64,000 nt of DNA from Verrucomicrobiota bacterium (GCA_036821485.1 DAISJM010000002.1:3771-67770); one strand, 5' to 3'. Counted from the stretch's first letter, positions 38,027-48,365 are shown. Notes: a model not told the origin generated them from the letters alone. A program made the numbers and translations.

Positions 38027-38641
38027 CTACGCGGACTTCCCGCGCGCCCCACGGTTCGCGCCCATCATACCGTGCTTTTTCAGCAACGCAACCAGATCGG
38101 TCACGCAGGATTCGACGGAACGGCCGGCCGTGTTGATCCGCAACGCAGGCTTGCGCGGAGGCTCGTAGGGCGCGCTGACTCCCGTGAAATCCCGCACCGC
38201 GCCCGCCCGCGCCTTGCGATACAGCCCCTTCACGTCGCGTCGCTCGCACACTTCGAGCGCCGTCGCCACATGAATCTCAAAGAAGCGGTCGCGACCGATG
38301 ATCTGCCGCGCGCGGTCGCGCGCTGCCCGATACGGCGAAATGAACGCCGTGATGCAAATCACGCCCGCCTTCGCGAAGAGCGCCGCCACCTCGGCCAGCC
38401 GGCGAATGTTCTCGTCGCGGTCGCGAGCCGAGAACCCGAGGTCGCTGCACAGCCCCGTACGAATAATATCTCCATCCAACACGAAAACGTTGCGACCCAA
38501 TCGAAGCATCCGCTGCTCCAACGCCTCCGCCAGCGTGGACTTGCCCGACGACGGCAGCCCCGTGAACCACACAACGCAACCGCGCGGCCGCACGGCCCCT
38601 GCAGATCCTGATTTTGTTTTAGCGGTGCGACGCTTCATCAT
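38027..38641 (-). CDS. cysC: adenylyl-sulfate kinase (CysC)
   Basis: Intact P-loop [13 protein letters not shown], then DGDIIR and the rest of the APS kinase fold. Confidence 0.88.
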   Translation of the reverse strand: MMKRRTAKTKSGSAGAVRPRGCVVWFTGLPSSGKSTLAEALEQRMLRLGRNVFVLDGDIIRTGLCSDLGFSARDRDENIRRLAEVAALFAKAGVICITAFISPYRAARDRARQIIGRDRFFEIHVATALEVCERRDVKGLYRKARAGAVRDFTGVSAPYEPPRKPALRINTAGRSVESCVTDLVALLKKHGMMGANRGARGKSA

Positions 38642-38645
38642 GAAA

Positions 38646-39407
38646 TCAGCTCGCGTGAATCAATCCCCACTGACGACGAATGCGATGCTCGATTCGACCG
38701 AAAACCAACCGGTCCACCAACAGGCCGATCACGATGGTCATCAGCATGATGCCGATGACCTGCGCGACATCGTTCAACTCGCGCCCCATGTGCAGCAGGA
38801 AGCCAAGGCCGATCGAGGACTTGATCAACTCCGCGGAAACCGCGCCATGCCAACCCATCGTCCACCCCAGCTTGATCCCGGTGACGATGCTTGGCAGTGC
38901 AGCAGGCATGATCACGCGATACCACATCTCACGGCGCGGCGTCCCCAGCGTCTGGGCGGCGCGCAGGTACGGCGGCGGGATGTGCCCGATTCCGTCGGCC
39001 GTCGCAATCGCCACCGCAGCCATGGAACTCATCACGATGACGAAGTAGATGCCCGTATCCTTCAATCCAAAGATCAGCAACGAGATCGGCACCCAGGCTG
39101 CCGACGGCAGTGTCTGCAGGCCCAGGAACAAAGACCGCAACGCCTCCGCGACCGTCCGATTCATTCCCATCATCAGCCCAAACACGAGGCCGATGACCGC
39201 CGAAAGCCCAAAGCCTATCCCCATGCGGAGCAATGTCGTCCGAATGCTCGGCCACAGAAACCCGTCCGCGGCCAACTCCCGCAGGCGGCTCAACACGATC
39301 AGGGGCGATGGCAACATGTACTTCGGCGCCACACCGAGGTCGAACACCGCCTGCCAGATCGCCAGCAAGAGGACATAGAACAACAGTATCTTAAGCTTCC
39401 GTTTCAT
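38646..39407 (-). CDS. ABC transporter permease (SsuC/TauC/NrtB family)
   Basis: MKRKLKILLFYVLLLAIW...; six TM segments; EAA-like loop ...AAQTLGTPRREMWYRVIMPAALPSIVTG. Confidence 0.85.
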   Translation of the reverse strand: MKRKLKILLFYVLLLAIWQAVFDLGVAPKYMLPSPLIVLSRLRELAADGFLWPSIRTTLLRMGIGFGLSAVIGLVFGLMMGMNRTVAEALRSLFLGLQTLPSAAWVPISLLIFGLKDTGIYFVIVMSSMAAVAIATADGIGHIPPPYLRAAQTLGTPRREMWYRVIMPAALPSIVTGIKLGWTMGWHGAVSAELIKSSIGLGFLLHMGRELNDVAQVIGIMLMTIVIGLLVDRLVFGRIEHRIRRQWGLIHAS

Positions 39408-40209
39408 GATTCGTATCGCCCGTCGGCGGCAGTTCACTCCGGAGTTCGCCCAGAATCTGGCCCGCGAGACGGCTCACGTCCGGATCGTAGAAATCCCTCG
39501 GTCGCGCCAGCGGGACCGCGATCTCGCGCTTGATTCGCCCCGGCCTCGAAGTCAAGACCACCACGCGATCCCCCAGGCACGCCGCCTCGCGCACGTTGTG
39601 CGTCACAAATACACCCGTCTTCTTCGTACGCAGGAAGATTTCCTGGATCTGCGCGTAGAACCGCTCGCGCGTCAACGCGTCGAGCGAGCCAAAGGGCTCG
39701 TCGAACAGGATGATGTCCGGCTCGGGTGTGAGTGCGCGCGCCAACGCAACCCGCTGCCTCATGCCACCCGACAACTCGTGAATGCGCGACTTCTCGAAGC
39801 CGCTGAGCTGGACCATGTCGAGGTAGTGCCGCGCGCGCTCGAAACGCTCCTTGCGGTTAAGCTGTCGCTGATGCTCGATGCCGAAGAGCACATTGCCGAT
39901 GACCGAGCGCCACGGAAAGAGTGCGTGCTCCTGGAACATCATCATGCGGTCCGAGCCGGGCCCCTTCACCGGCTTGCCATCCACCAACACCTTGCCCGTC
40001 GTTGGAAACTCCAGCCCTGCGATCAGGTTGAGCAACGTCGTCTTGCCGCAGCCCGACGAGCCGACCATGCAGAGAAACTCGCCCGCGGCCACATGGAGCG
40101 TGATGGCCTGAACGGCCTCGACCACCTGCGTGTTGGAGGTGAAGACCTTCGTCACGCCCTCGAGGCTGAGCTTCGGGGTTGCCCCCGTCTGTGCAACGGT
40201 ATCCGCCAT
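39391..40209 (-). CDS. ABC transporter ATP-binding protein (SsuB/TauB/NrtD family)
   Basis: GSSGCGKTTLLN, LSGGMRQRVALARAL, ILFDEP. Confidence 0.9.
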   Translation of the reverse strand: MADTVAQTGATPKLSLEGVTKVFTSNTQVVEAVQAITLHVAAGEFLCMVGSSGCGKTTLLNLIAGLEFPTTGKVLVDGKPVKGPGSDRMMMFQEHALFPWRSVIGNVLFGIEHQRQLNRKERFERARHYLDMVQLSGFEKSRIHELSGGMRQRVALARALTPEPDIILFDEPFGSLDALTRERFYAQIQEIFLRTKKTGVFVTHNVREAACLGDRVVVLTSRPGRIKREIAVPLARPRDFYDPDVSRLAGQILGELRSELPPTGDTNHETEA

Positions 40210-40210
40210 T

Positions 40211-41263
40211 CTACTTCACTTCAGGCAGGCCCTTTTCCTTCAGGACTTCGTTCAGAATCGACAGGCTGTAGATGCCATCCAACTTGGGGGATTCCTTGAG
40301 AAACCCGGCTTCAAAGGCGTCCTGCGCGGACTTGAAGAGCGAGCTGGAAACAGGATCCCAAGTGAACTCGACCCGCTGGAACGCCTTCTGGATCACTTCG
40401 GGATCCAACGCCTTACCCGTATCCTTCTTGATCTGTTCATTGACCACGGCCGCAGCGACCGCCTTGTCCGCGTTCAGCTTCTGCGTAATTTCAACATGCG
40501 CCTGCAGCAATTTCTTCACAAGCTCGGGATTCTTCGCGAGGAATTTCCGGCTGACAATGAGATGCGTCGTGACATACCGGCCTTCCGGCCAGAGCGAACT
40601 CTCTTCCAGGAACACCTTGCCTCCCCCATCCTTCTCCAGCCGCGACACCCAAGGCTCCACCGTCCACGCGCCATCGATTTCCTTCTTCTGCATCATCAAG
40701 AGCTGGTCGGGATTGGCCAGCGGCATAACCGTGAGCGTGCCCCCTTTTTCGGCGAATTTGTAGCCGTGCTTGGCAAACCACGCGCGCGCTGCCACATCCT
40801 GCGTATTGCCGAGCTGCGGCGTGGCGATGGTTTTGCCGTCGAAATCCTTGTCGGTTGCGATGTTCGAATCCGGCCGGACGACCAGCGCCGCGCCGCCGCT
40901 CGCACCGCCCGCCACAATGACGAAGCTCTCCCCCTCCGACTTGATGAACCCGTTGACGGCAGGATTCGGGCCGATGAAGGTCGCATCAATTGCGTCTGCA
41001 AACAACGCCTCGACGGCGGAAGGTCCGGCGTTAAACACCGTCCACTTGATCGGCACGCCGACGGCTTTCTCAAACTCACCCGACGCCTTGGCCATCAAGG
41101 CCTGCGCGTGCGTCACGTTGGGGAAATGGCCCAATCGCAATTCCGTGGCCTGCTGCCCGAACACCGCCGATGCACCCAGCACGCTCAACGCCAGAAGACA
41201 ACCCACCCATGTGCGCGACTTCACCGAAGCCCTCCTTGTTTGGACCTGAATCGCAGCCGCCAT
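40211..41263 (-). CDS. ABC transporter substrate-binding protein (SsuA/NrtA/TauA-like aliphatic sulfonate/nitrate family)
   Basis: Signal peptide, then LRLGHFPNVTHAQALMA...; NMT1/SsuA-like periplasmic binding fold. Confidence 0.8.
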   Translation of the reverse strand: MAAAIQVQTRRASVKSRTWVGCLLALSVLGASAVFGQQATELRLGHFPNVTHAQALMAKASGEFEKAVGVPIKWTVFNAGPSAVEALFADAIDATFIGPNPAVNGFIKSEGESFVIVAGGASGGAALVVRPDSNIATDKDFDGKTIATPQLGNTQDVAARAWFAKHGYKFAEKGGTLTVMPLANPDQLLMMQKKEIDGAWTVEPWVSRLEKDGGGKVFLEESSLWPEGRYVTTHLIVSRKFLAKNPELVKKLLQAHVEITQKLNADKAVAAAVVNEQIKKDTGKALDPEVIQKAFQRVEFTWDPVSSSLFKSAQDAFEAGFLKESPKLDGIYSLSILNEVLKEKGLPEVK

Positions 41264-41334
41264 GTCTAATCCAAGGAAAAGGGTTAGGCAACGCTATTCT
41301 GGGTACGGCCGGGCACGCCGGGCTCTGGCCAGCC

Positions 41335-41766
41335 TCATCCAGCGGACGGCAACCCCGTACGCCAGAGAATTCCGGGAATCCCGGCAAAGTGCCGGTCGTG
41401 GCTGATGATCTCTGCGTGGATCGATTGCGCGCAGACGGCAATGGCGAGATCGGTAAGCGGCAACACCCGGCCCTTACGGTCCAACTTCCACGCCAGATTC
41501 GCCACAGCTTCCCAAATAGCCGCGGTGGTCTCCACGGAGGGAATGAGATCGAAGAACTCCTCCATCTCCGACCGGACTGCCGGGTTAATGACCCCCCGGA
41601 TGACTTCCGCCCGGATCAGGCCGCAAGACGCCAGCGCCCCGGACTGGACATAGGGCGCCAGCATTCTGACGGGACTGTGACCACGCCTCATCCAGTCGAT
41701 ATAGACCGTGGAATCAACGAGCAGAACGGCCACGAGGCGTCTCCCGGTTGCGCATGGCGACCACAT
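41335..41766 (-). CDS. vapC: type II toxin VapC (PIN-domain ribonuclease)
   Basis: ...VAVLLVDSTVYIDW...PLTDLAIAVCAQSIHAEIISHDRHF. The true start is probably a few codons inside and overlaps the vapB stop. Confidence 0.8.
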   Translation of the reverse strand: MWSPCATGRRLVAVLLVDSTVYIDWMRRGHSPVRMLAPYVQSGALASCGLIRAEVIRGVINPAVRSEMEEFFDLIPSVETTAAIWEAVANLAWKLDRKGRVLPLTDLAIAVCAQSIHAEIISHDRHFAGIPGILWRTGLPSAG

Positions 41767-41953
41767 CGTACTTCGGGTCCACGGCGGACTTGTATTCCGT
41801 TTCGCGGACCGCGCAGGTCAGCAGCTTCTTCAACCGTGCCGCGCGCTCAGCTTCGGTCAACGCGTAATCCACCGCGGCCTTACGCGTCTTGAGACCCGCC
41901 ACCTGCATCACGCGCTTGAGCTTGGCCTCATCGATATCAATCGTGGTCTTCAT
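41714..41953 (-). CDS. vapB: type II antitoxin VapB (DUF2191 / RHH-like)
   Basis: MKTTIDIDEAKLKRVMQVAGLKTRKAAVDYALTEAERAARLKKL...; overlaps vapC. Confidence 0.8.
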   Translation of the reverse strand: MKTTIDIDEAKLKRVMQVAGLKTRKAAVDYALTEAERAARLKKLLTCAVRETEYKSAVDPKYDVVAMRNRETPRGRSAR

Positions 41954-42028
41954 ACGGGAAATGATACGGCAGATGCTGCCGTACTTCAAGCCGTATTACG
42001 GAGTCTCGCGACGGTTACTGCGGATGGC

Positions 42029-42847
42029 TCAGAACCGATACGTTCCGGTAAGCTCCACGTTCTGCCGGTCGCCAAATCCGCCTTCAAGCGAAATTTCGAC
42101 GTTCCGACCGACGCACAGGGCCACCCCCGCAAGGTAATTCCAAGGGGTGTCATCCTTAAGGCGCACGTTGTAATCCACCGGGCCAAGGCCGGTGATATTG
42201 ATCGAGCCCTTGTGCTCTTCCGTCACCTGCTGGTACATCGCGCCGAGCCAGAGAATCACGTTGTTCTTCTCGCCCGGCCCCTTGAGCTGCGCGCCCACGC
42301 GGGGCTGCAACACCCAGGCATTGATCGTGGAATCCTGCTCGTCCAACTCCGTGCCGGTGTAGATGCCGGTCAGCGAAGCAAAGTATTCTTTCCAGCCGCC
42401 GGCCAACACCGCGCCACCGCCGTACACAATGCCGTTGTAGTCCACCTCGATCTTCGGCAGCGGCGGCATCATCTTGATGTCGGTCTGGCCGTCGATATTC
42501 CCCAGCAGCGCAAAGACGTTAAGGAAGGGAAGCAGCCAGACGTCGAACTTCACATTCTCTTCAATGGTCTCATTCTCAATACTCAGCGCGTCTACGCCTG
42601 CGCTGAGTTGCGCGATCATGGCGTTGACTTCCGGAATCGGCGAACTCGCCTGCCAGCGGTCCAGTGAGTAGTCCTGGCTTTGCCAGTAGAAGGTCAGCCC
42701 CACCCCCATCGGCAGCGGCATCTCTTCATTCTTCGCGGCAGGACGCCCCCATGGCAGAACGTCGCCCGGTCCCCCAGCCCATGCCGCACCCACGCCCGCA
42801 AGAACCACAACCAGAAGAATGAAGAATAAGCCTCTCTTCACAATGCT
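42029..42847 (-). CDS. putative outer-membrane beta-barrel protein
   Basis: GTG start preceded by GGAGGA; signal peptide KRGLFFILLVVVLAGVGAAWA; alternating amphipathic strands; C-terminal ...LTGTYRF with the terminal Phe typical of outer-membrane proteins. The long track ORF extension to 43177 is rejected. Confidence 0.55.
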   Translation of the reverse strand, partial: SIVKRGLFFILLVVVLAGVGAAWAGGPGDVLPWGRPAAKNEEMPLPMGVGLTFYWQSQDYSLDRWQASSPIPEVNAMIAQLSAGVDALSIENETIEENVKFDVWLLPFLNVFALLGNIDGQTDIKMMPPLPKIEVDYNGIVYGGGAVLAGGWKEYFASLTGIYTGTELDEQDSTINAWVLQPRVGAQLKGPGEKNNVILWLGAMYQQVTEEHKGSINITGLGPVDYNVRLKDDTPWNYLAGVALCVGRNVEISLEGGFGDRQNVELTGTYRF

Positions 42848-42979
42848 CCTCCACGTTTGGGTTGCGAGGCACGTTCGCCTCTTGGCTGAAGGGTAGCCGG
42901 TAGCCCGATACGCGACAATCATGAATTCACGTCCAAATGTCTTGAGACCACGCCGGGGTTGAATCACATTGTCCGCAGC

Positions 42980-43561
42980 ATGAAACACGCGGGCATCGTT
43001 CTGGCGGCGGGCGCTTCGTCGCGTATGGGTCAACCCAAGGCACTCCTGCCCACACCCGGCGGCGTGCCGCTTGCGATTCACCAGGCGCGACTCCTCCAAG
43101 CCGCCGGCTGCGCACCCGTCATCATCGTCCTCGGTGCCCAAGCCAACCGCATCCGCCCACAACTCGCCGGCTTCCAAGTCGCCCTTAATAAGGAATGGGG
43201 AACCGGCCGGGTTTCATCGGTCCAGACCGGCCTGCGCGCGGCCGCGGCAGACGGCTACATCATTCTTCCCGTCGACACTGTGGGCGTTCAAGCCGGCACC
43301 CTGAAGCGACTGCGCGAAACGGCCGACACCACCACCGCCCACGCAATCCGACCGACGTTCGGCGGCAAGGAAGGCAAGGTGATGTGGATCTCCGCCACAC
43401 TCGCCGCCACTATCCTCCAGCTCGACCCCAAAAACGAAAACTCCCGGCTCGACCACTTCTTCCGCACCCAGTCCGAGCAACTCCCCTGCCCCGACCCCGC
43501 TCTCCTGAACAATGTGAACACACCGGAGGATTGGGAAAAGGCGCGTGGAACGCTAAGGTAA
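42980..43561 (+). CDS. MobA-like NTP-transferase (molybdenum cofactor cytidylyltransferase MocA-like)
   Basis: MKHAGIVLAAGASSRMGQPKALL...; GT-A-like nucleotidyltransferase fold; convergent with the molybdoenzyme operon. Confidence 0.75.
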   Translation: MKHAGIVLAAGASSRMGQPKALLPTPGGVPLAIHQARLLQAAGCAPVIIVLGAQANRIRPQLAGFQVALNKEWGTGRVSSVQTGLRAAAADGYIILPVDTVGVQAGTLKRLRETADTTTAHAIRPTFGGKEGKVMWISATLAATILQLDPKNENSRLDHFFRTQSEQLPCPDPALLNNVNTPEDWEKARGTLR

Positions 43562-43564
43562 GCC

Positions 43565-44437
43565 TTACCCGCACACGTGCGCGAGTTCTTCGAGGAAGCC
43601 GCGGACCAACCGGCCCGACACCCACCCGCGATATTCTGCAGTTGAACGGATGTCGTCGATCGGTTTGAGGGACGCCGTCACCTTCGCTTCAACTTCGTCG
43701 AGCAGCTTCTTGTTGATCTTCTTCCCGGGCAGCCACGCCTCCAAGTCGCCCAAGCGAACCGCCGTCGGCGCCATGCTGCCCAGCGCGACGGCAAACGATT
43801 CCACAACGCCCGCGGACGCCTTTCCGCGCCACGCGCCCATCACTTTGGAAATCGCCTGCGCCGCACGCGGCCCAAGTTTCGTGAAGCCTTCCCGGAAACC
43901 ATACGGCAGTTTGGGCAGCACAAAACGGACAATCAATTCCTCGGGCTTGAGGTCGATCTTCCGGTAGCCAAGGAAGAATTGCGCCAGCGAAATCGTGCGC
44001 TCGCCCGCTACCGACGCCACCACCACGCTCCCGCCGGTCACCAGCAGTGCGGGCGCGAGATCGCCCGCCGGACTTGCATTGGCCACGTTGCCCGCAATCG
44101 TGCCGAGCGATTGAATCTGCACACCGCCGACCGTCGCCGCCGACGCGGCCAGCGCGGGCGCGAATTGCCGAACCAGCGCCGACGTGTGAAGCTGCCAGTG
44201 CGTCGTTGCCGCGCCTACAACGATCGCGTCGTCTTCCTCGCGGATACCGCGGAGCTCCGGCACGCCAAGGATGCCGACGACACGCTCCGGCGCAGGCTGC
44301 AGGCCCGACTCCCATTGCACCATGAGGTCGGTGCCGCCTGCGAGGATGCGGCCGCGCCGCTTCTCATCGGCCTGAATCTCCAGCGCCTCCTTGAGGCTGG
44401 CCGGAAACACGCACGCTATGTCTTCGACGCTTCGCAT
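43565..44437 (-). CDS. molybdopterin dehydrogenase FAD-binding subunit (CoxM/XdhB-like)
   Basis: ...ILAGGTDLMVQWESG...; FAD_binding_5 plus CO-dehydrogenase flavoprotein C-terminal-like domain. Confidence 0.85.
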   Translation of the reverse strand: MRSVEDIACVFPASLKEALEIQADEKRRGRILAGGTDLMVQWESGLQPAPERVVGILGVPELRGIREEDDAIVVGAATTHWQLHTSALVRQFAPALAASAATVGGVQIQSLGTIAGNVANASPAGDLAPALLVTGGSVVVASVAGERTISLAQFFLGYRKIDLKPEELIVRFVLPKLPYGFREGFTKLGPRAAQAISKVMGAWRGKASAGVVESFAVALGSMAPTAVRLGDLEAWLPGKKINKKLLDEVEAKVTASLKPIDDIRSTAEYRGWVSGRLVRGFLEELAHVCG

Positions 44438-44440
44438 CGG

Positions 44441-44920
44441 TCACGCACGCTTCCACTTCGTAGCCGCCAACTCCACTGCTTCAACAATCTTCTGATAGCC
44501 CGTGCACCGGCAGAGGTTACCCGCGTGCGCCGTGCGGATCTCGGCCTCGTCCGGATGCGGATTCCGCGTCAGCAACGCGTAGGACGACATGATCATGCCG
44601 GGGATGCAGAACCCGCACTGCGCGGCGCCCTTCTCGACATAGGCCTCCTGCAACAGCCGGCCGTTTTCGGTCTTCTCCAAACCCTCCACCGTCATCAGCT
44701 CCGATCCGTCGGGCACGTGACCCGCGGCCATGAGACAGGAAACCACGGGCTGGCCGTTCAGCAAAATCGTACACGCACCGCACTCGCCCTCGCCGCAACC
44801 TTCCTTGGTTCCGGTGAGCTTGAGTTCAACCCGCAACACGTCGAGCAGCCGCCGCGCGGGCGGCACATCCACTGTCCGACTCTCGCCATTCACGACCCAG
44901 GTTCGTTTGACCGTTTTCAT
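44441..44920 (-). CDS. (2Fe-2S)-binding subunit of xanthine dehydrogenase/CO dehydrogenase family (CoxS-like)
   Basis: CGEGECGACTILLNG...C...; second cluster QCGFCIPGMIM...CRCTGY. Confidence 0.9.
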   Translation of the reverse strand: MKTVKRTWVVNGESRTVDVPPARRLLDVLRVELKLTGTKEGCGEGECGACTILLNGQPVVSCLMAAGHVPDGSELMTVEGLEKTENGRLLQEAYVEKGAAQCGFCIPGMIMSSYALLTRNPHPDEAEIRTAHAGNLCRCTGYQKIVEAVELAATKWKRA

Positions 44921-47238
44921 TTCGTGTCTTTCGCGCTCAGGGCCCGCAGCAATTTCTCGGGCGTGATCGGGAGGTCGGTCATCCGCACGCCCGTCGCCTG
45001 GAACACCGCGTTGGCAATCGCCGGCGCAAGGCCATCCATCGGCATCTCGCCCACACCCTTCGCGCCGGGCGCGGCAAATTCGTAGGGGAACTCGACAAAG
45101 TGAATATCGTACTCGGGCACGTCAAGCATGGTCGGAATGATGTAGGTCTGCATGCGGTCGGCGTCGAACCGGCCGTTGCGGATGCCCATCTTCTCCATCA
45201 CCGCGTAGCCCAGCGCCTGCGTCAGCCCACCTTCGATCTGGCCTTTCGCCAGCACCGGGTTGATCAGGCGACCGATATCAAACACCGCCGTAACTTTCCT
45301 CACGCTCAGCGCAAGCGTGCGTGGATCGATCTCAACCTCGGCAATGTTGCAGCCCCATGCGAACGCGGGATACGCATCGCCGCGGAACGTCTTTTGATCC
45401 CACTTGATCTTGTCGGGCAGCTTGAACCCATTTTCCACGCGGGTGGGTCCGTGCTGCTGCAGGTACTTGTCGGCCACGCTGTCGAATTGGCGCGCGCTGG
45501 TGATCGGCTTGCCGGCGAATTCCTCCAGCATGGCGCGGAGTTTCTGAGCCGCACCAAAAAGCGTCGCGCCGACCACCATCGTCGTGCGGGATGCAACCGT
45601 CGGCCCGCTGTTGGGCGCGAGCGATGTGTCCGGCAGCGGATAGCGCACCTGCTCGATCGCGGCGCAGAGCCCGTCGGCGACAATCTGCGAAAGCACGGTG
45701 AACGCGCCCTGCCCCATATCGGTGGAGCTGACGCGAATGGTGACGCCGGGCCGGCCGTTCTCAAACCAGCCGAGCTCGAGCAACACCTTTGTGCCGATCT
45801 TCGATTCGCCGTCGCCGGTGAAGCCAGAACCGTGCGCGAAGAACGAAAGGCCAATGCCGTACCACGATTTGGCGCCGGGCTTGCCGTGCGTACAACGCTT
45901 GAGTTTCTGGTCGAACTTCGCGCGCTGTAGCGCTTCGGTGAGGACGGTCGGCGAGCCCACGCTGTCGATCAACACCATGCCCGTCGGCGTCGTATCGCCA
46001 ACCTGCAGACAGTTTTTCAGCCTGAACTCGTGCGGGGCAACACCGAGAGCTTCGGCGCAGCGGTCAATCTGCGACTCCATACCCCACGTCGCCTGCGGCG
46101 CGCCGAAACCACGGAACGCGCCCGACGGAAAAACATTCGTGCGACCGGTCAGCCCGTTGACGTCAACATTCGGGCAGCGGTAACCCATCGCCGCGTGGAG
46201 GATGCCGCGGTACATCACGACATCGCTCAACGTCAGGTACGCACCGCCGTTGAGCAGGAAATCGACCTTGATCGCGGTGATCGTGCCGTCGCGCTTGAGG
46301 CCGGTCTTGTGGCGAACCCAGACGGGGTGGCGCTTGGTGGTGAAGAGAATGTCCTGGTGGCGGTCGTAAATCAGTTTCACCGGTTTGCCGGATTTCAGCG
46401 CCGGAAGCGCGCAGTAGCCGGCGACCATCGACGGGAATTCCTCCTTGCCGCCAAACGCTCCGCCCACGGCTTCCTGTCGCACGCGCACCTTGTCCGCCGG
46501 CAGGCCGAGCGCTTCATGAAGCTCATGCACCACATAGTACGGACACTGCAAGCTGCCGCGCAGGAACACGCCGCCGTCCTTCTGCGGAATGGCAATCATG
46601 CCCTGCGGTTCGATATAGAGCTGCTCCTGGTATCCGGCGGTGTACTCGCCCTCGACGACAAGGTCCGCTTCGGCCAGCCCCTTCTCGACATCGCCCTTGA
46701 TGATGGACTGACTGCAGAGGACGTCACCCGACGCGGGCGTACCCCCGGCAAATCCGCCGACGCCCGCAGGCGCCTGCTGTTCGACGCCGGTCACCAGCTT
46801 CCCGTCCTTGAACAGCGCCACGAGTTCTTCCAGCGTGAGGATGGGCGGCAGTTCCTCGATATCGGCCTTGATATGCGCGGCGGCTTCCTTCGCTTGTGCG
46901 AGCGTCGGCGCGGCGACGAGTGCCATCGGCTCGCCAATGTAGCGCACGGTGTCGGCCGCGAGCACGGGCATGGAGCGGTCGTGCATCACGAAGAGATTGG
47001 GGCCGGGAATGTCGGACGCCGTGACGACGACAACCTTGGACCAGTCGAAGGCGGGGTCGAGTTGCAGGCCGCGGAGCTTGCCATGAGCCACGGGCGAGCG
47101 AACCACGAACGCATGCCAGCAACCCGGCATGTCGAGATCATCCACGTACTGGGTGATTCCGCGCACCTTCTCAAGGCCATCCACGCGTGCGATGCCCTTG
47201 CCGATGATGCCCTTGCGATGTGTCACGCCTGTGGTCAT
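44917..47238 (-). CDS. molybdopterin-binding large subunit of xanthine dehydrogenase/aldehyde oxidase family
   Basis: a/b-hammerhead domain GKGIARVDGLEKVRGITQYVDD..., then the Mo-pterin binding domains. Start at MTTGVTHRKG (47238). Confidence 0.88.
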   Translation of the reverse strand: MTTGVTHRKGIIGKGIARVDGLEKVRGITQYVDDLDMPGCWHAFVVRSPVAHGKLRGLQLDPAFDWSKVVVVTASDIPGPNLFVMHDRSMPVLAADTVRYIGEPMALVAAPTLAQAKEAAAHIKADIEELPPILTLEELVALFKDGKLVTGVEQQAPAGVGGFAGGTPASGDVLCSQSIIKGDVEKGLAEADLVVEGEYTAGYQEQLYIEPQGMIAIPQKDGGVFLRGSLQCPYYVVHELHEALGLPADKVRVRQEAVGGAFGGKEEFPSMVAGYCALPALKSGKPVKLIYDRHQDILFTTKRHPVWVRHKTGLKRDGTITAIKVDFLLNGGAYLTLSDVVMYRGILHAAMGYRCPNVDVNGLTGRTNVFPSGAFRGFGAPQATWGMESQIDRCAEALGVAPHEFRLKNCLQVGDTTPTGMVLIDSVGSPTVLTEALQRAKFDQKLKRCTHGKPGAKSWYGIGLSFFAHGSGFTGDGESKIGTKVLLELGWFENGRPGVTIRVSSTDMGQGAFTVLSQIVADGLCAAIEQVRYPLPDTSLAPNSGPTVASRTTMVVGATLFGAAQKLRAMLEEFAGKPITSARQFDSVADKYLQQHGPTRVENGFKLPDKIKWDQKTFRGDAYPAFAWGCNIAEVEIDPRTLALSVRKVTAVFDIGRLINPVLAKGQIEGGLTQALGYAVMEKMGIRNGRFDADRMQTYIIPTMLDVPEYDIHFVEFPYEFAAPGAKGVGEMPMDGLAPAIANAVFQATGVRMTDLPITPEKLLRALSAKDTK

Positions 47239-47356
47239 CGAATAGCGAACCCGTGTCCTCAGAATACGCACCGCCACTGAATAAATCAAACGCTTCGGCC
47301 CCGCTCCACTCACCTTCTTCCTTGTTAACCTTCAGATGCAATGGCAACGTAGCAAG

Positions 47357-48350
47357 CGTGACACGCTATTGGGCATATGGGTTGGGCGCTGTTGTGATGA
47401 TACTGGCCGCCGGGTGCCAATCCCCGCAGGAAATCCGCCCGTTTACAGACGCGCAGCTTCGCGGCTTCTATTCGCGCGCCAAGGACCCGCGCCAATTCTG
47501 GCTTACGCCGTACGAATCGAATGACGGCCCCGTGTATTCGGGCGCCAACCGGCTGCACCCGGAAAAGATGGCCCAGTTCCAGTTCCGCGGCAACAGCCGT
47601 TCCACAGCGCCGATCATCCCCTTCAAGGCCGAACGGCCGGAAAATGAATTCCTGGCCCTGGTCGACACGTCCTCCAAGGAAAGCTGGCTGGACCTCAACA
47701 CGGCACGGGGAGTCGGCGTGACCCCCATCGCACCGCCGCCGGCAAGAGTCATACCGGAACATGTTCAGGAAACTATCACCGGCTACGCCACGGTGGCGAG
47801 GCAGCTTCTCCTGGATAAGTGCCCCATCGAGATGGCGCTGCTATTCACCCGCGGCGCAACCGGCCCGCTCGGCGCGCTCGCCCGCGGCGAGGAACACCCC
47901 AGGCCCGGCGCCGTGTTCGGCTACGACCTCCTGCGCCAGTTTGCCTTCGTCCAATTCGATTTTGCCCTGCGAACGATTACCTTCTCGTCCAGCATCGACT
48001 ACAACCCTGAACCGGAAGTACTGGTCGCCAGCGTCCCCTTCTTTCTGCAGGACGGGGCACTGGCAGTGCGGGGAACCGTGGAGGGTGAGCCGACCACGAT
48101 CCTGCTCGACACGGCGGGCGATTTTGAACTGGCCCTGAAAGAACCCCGGTTGGACCCCGTGCGAAGGCTCGGGCTGGGCAGCCTTGTGATCATGAACGTC
48201 AACCCGGCCATCCACCAGGATTTCAATCTGGGCCTGACGGACTACCCGCGTGTCGGACGGAAACTGCTCGCGCGATACAGGATCACCATTTCCAATAAGC
48301 AGCGCAGGATATTCTTCGAACGACCAAGCCGCCTGCCAAAGGCGAAGTGA
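47357..48350 (+). CDS. lipoprotein with two retropepsin/pepsin-like aspartic protease motifs
   Basis: Likely GTG start giving MTRYWAYGLGAVVMILAAGC (lipobox); the alternative ATG is at 47396. Motifs ALVDTSS and LLDTAGD in separate halves. Confidence 0.6.
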
Positions 48351-48365
48351 TCGACCGGGGGAGCA

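Noticed and set aside
38298-39533. 411-aa plus-strand ORF across cysC and the ABC permease
   Set aside because: Antisense to two genes with strong motifs; composition artefact.
47220-47356. Upstream ATG (47220) for the first aspartic-protease lipoprotein
   Set aside because: It would overlap the divergent molybdoenzyme large-subunit start and places ~45 non-hydrophobic residues before the signal peptide. The GTG at 47357 gives a canonical lipoprotein signal.
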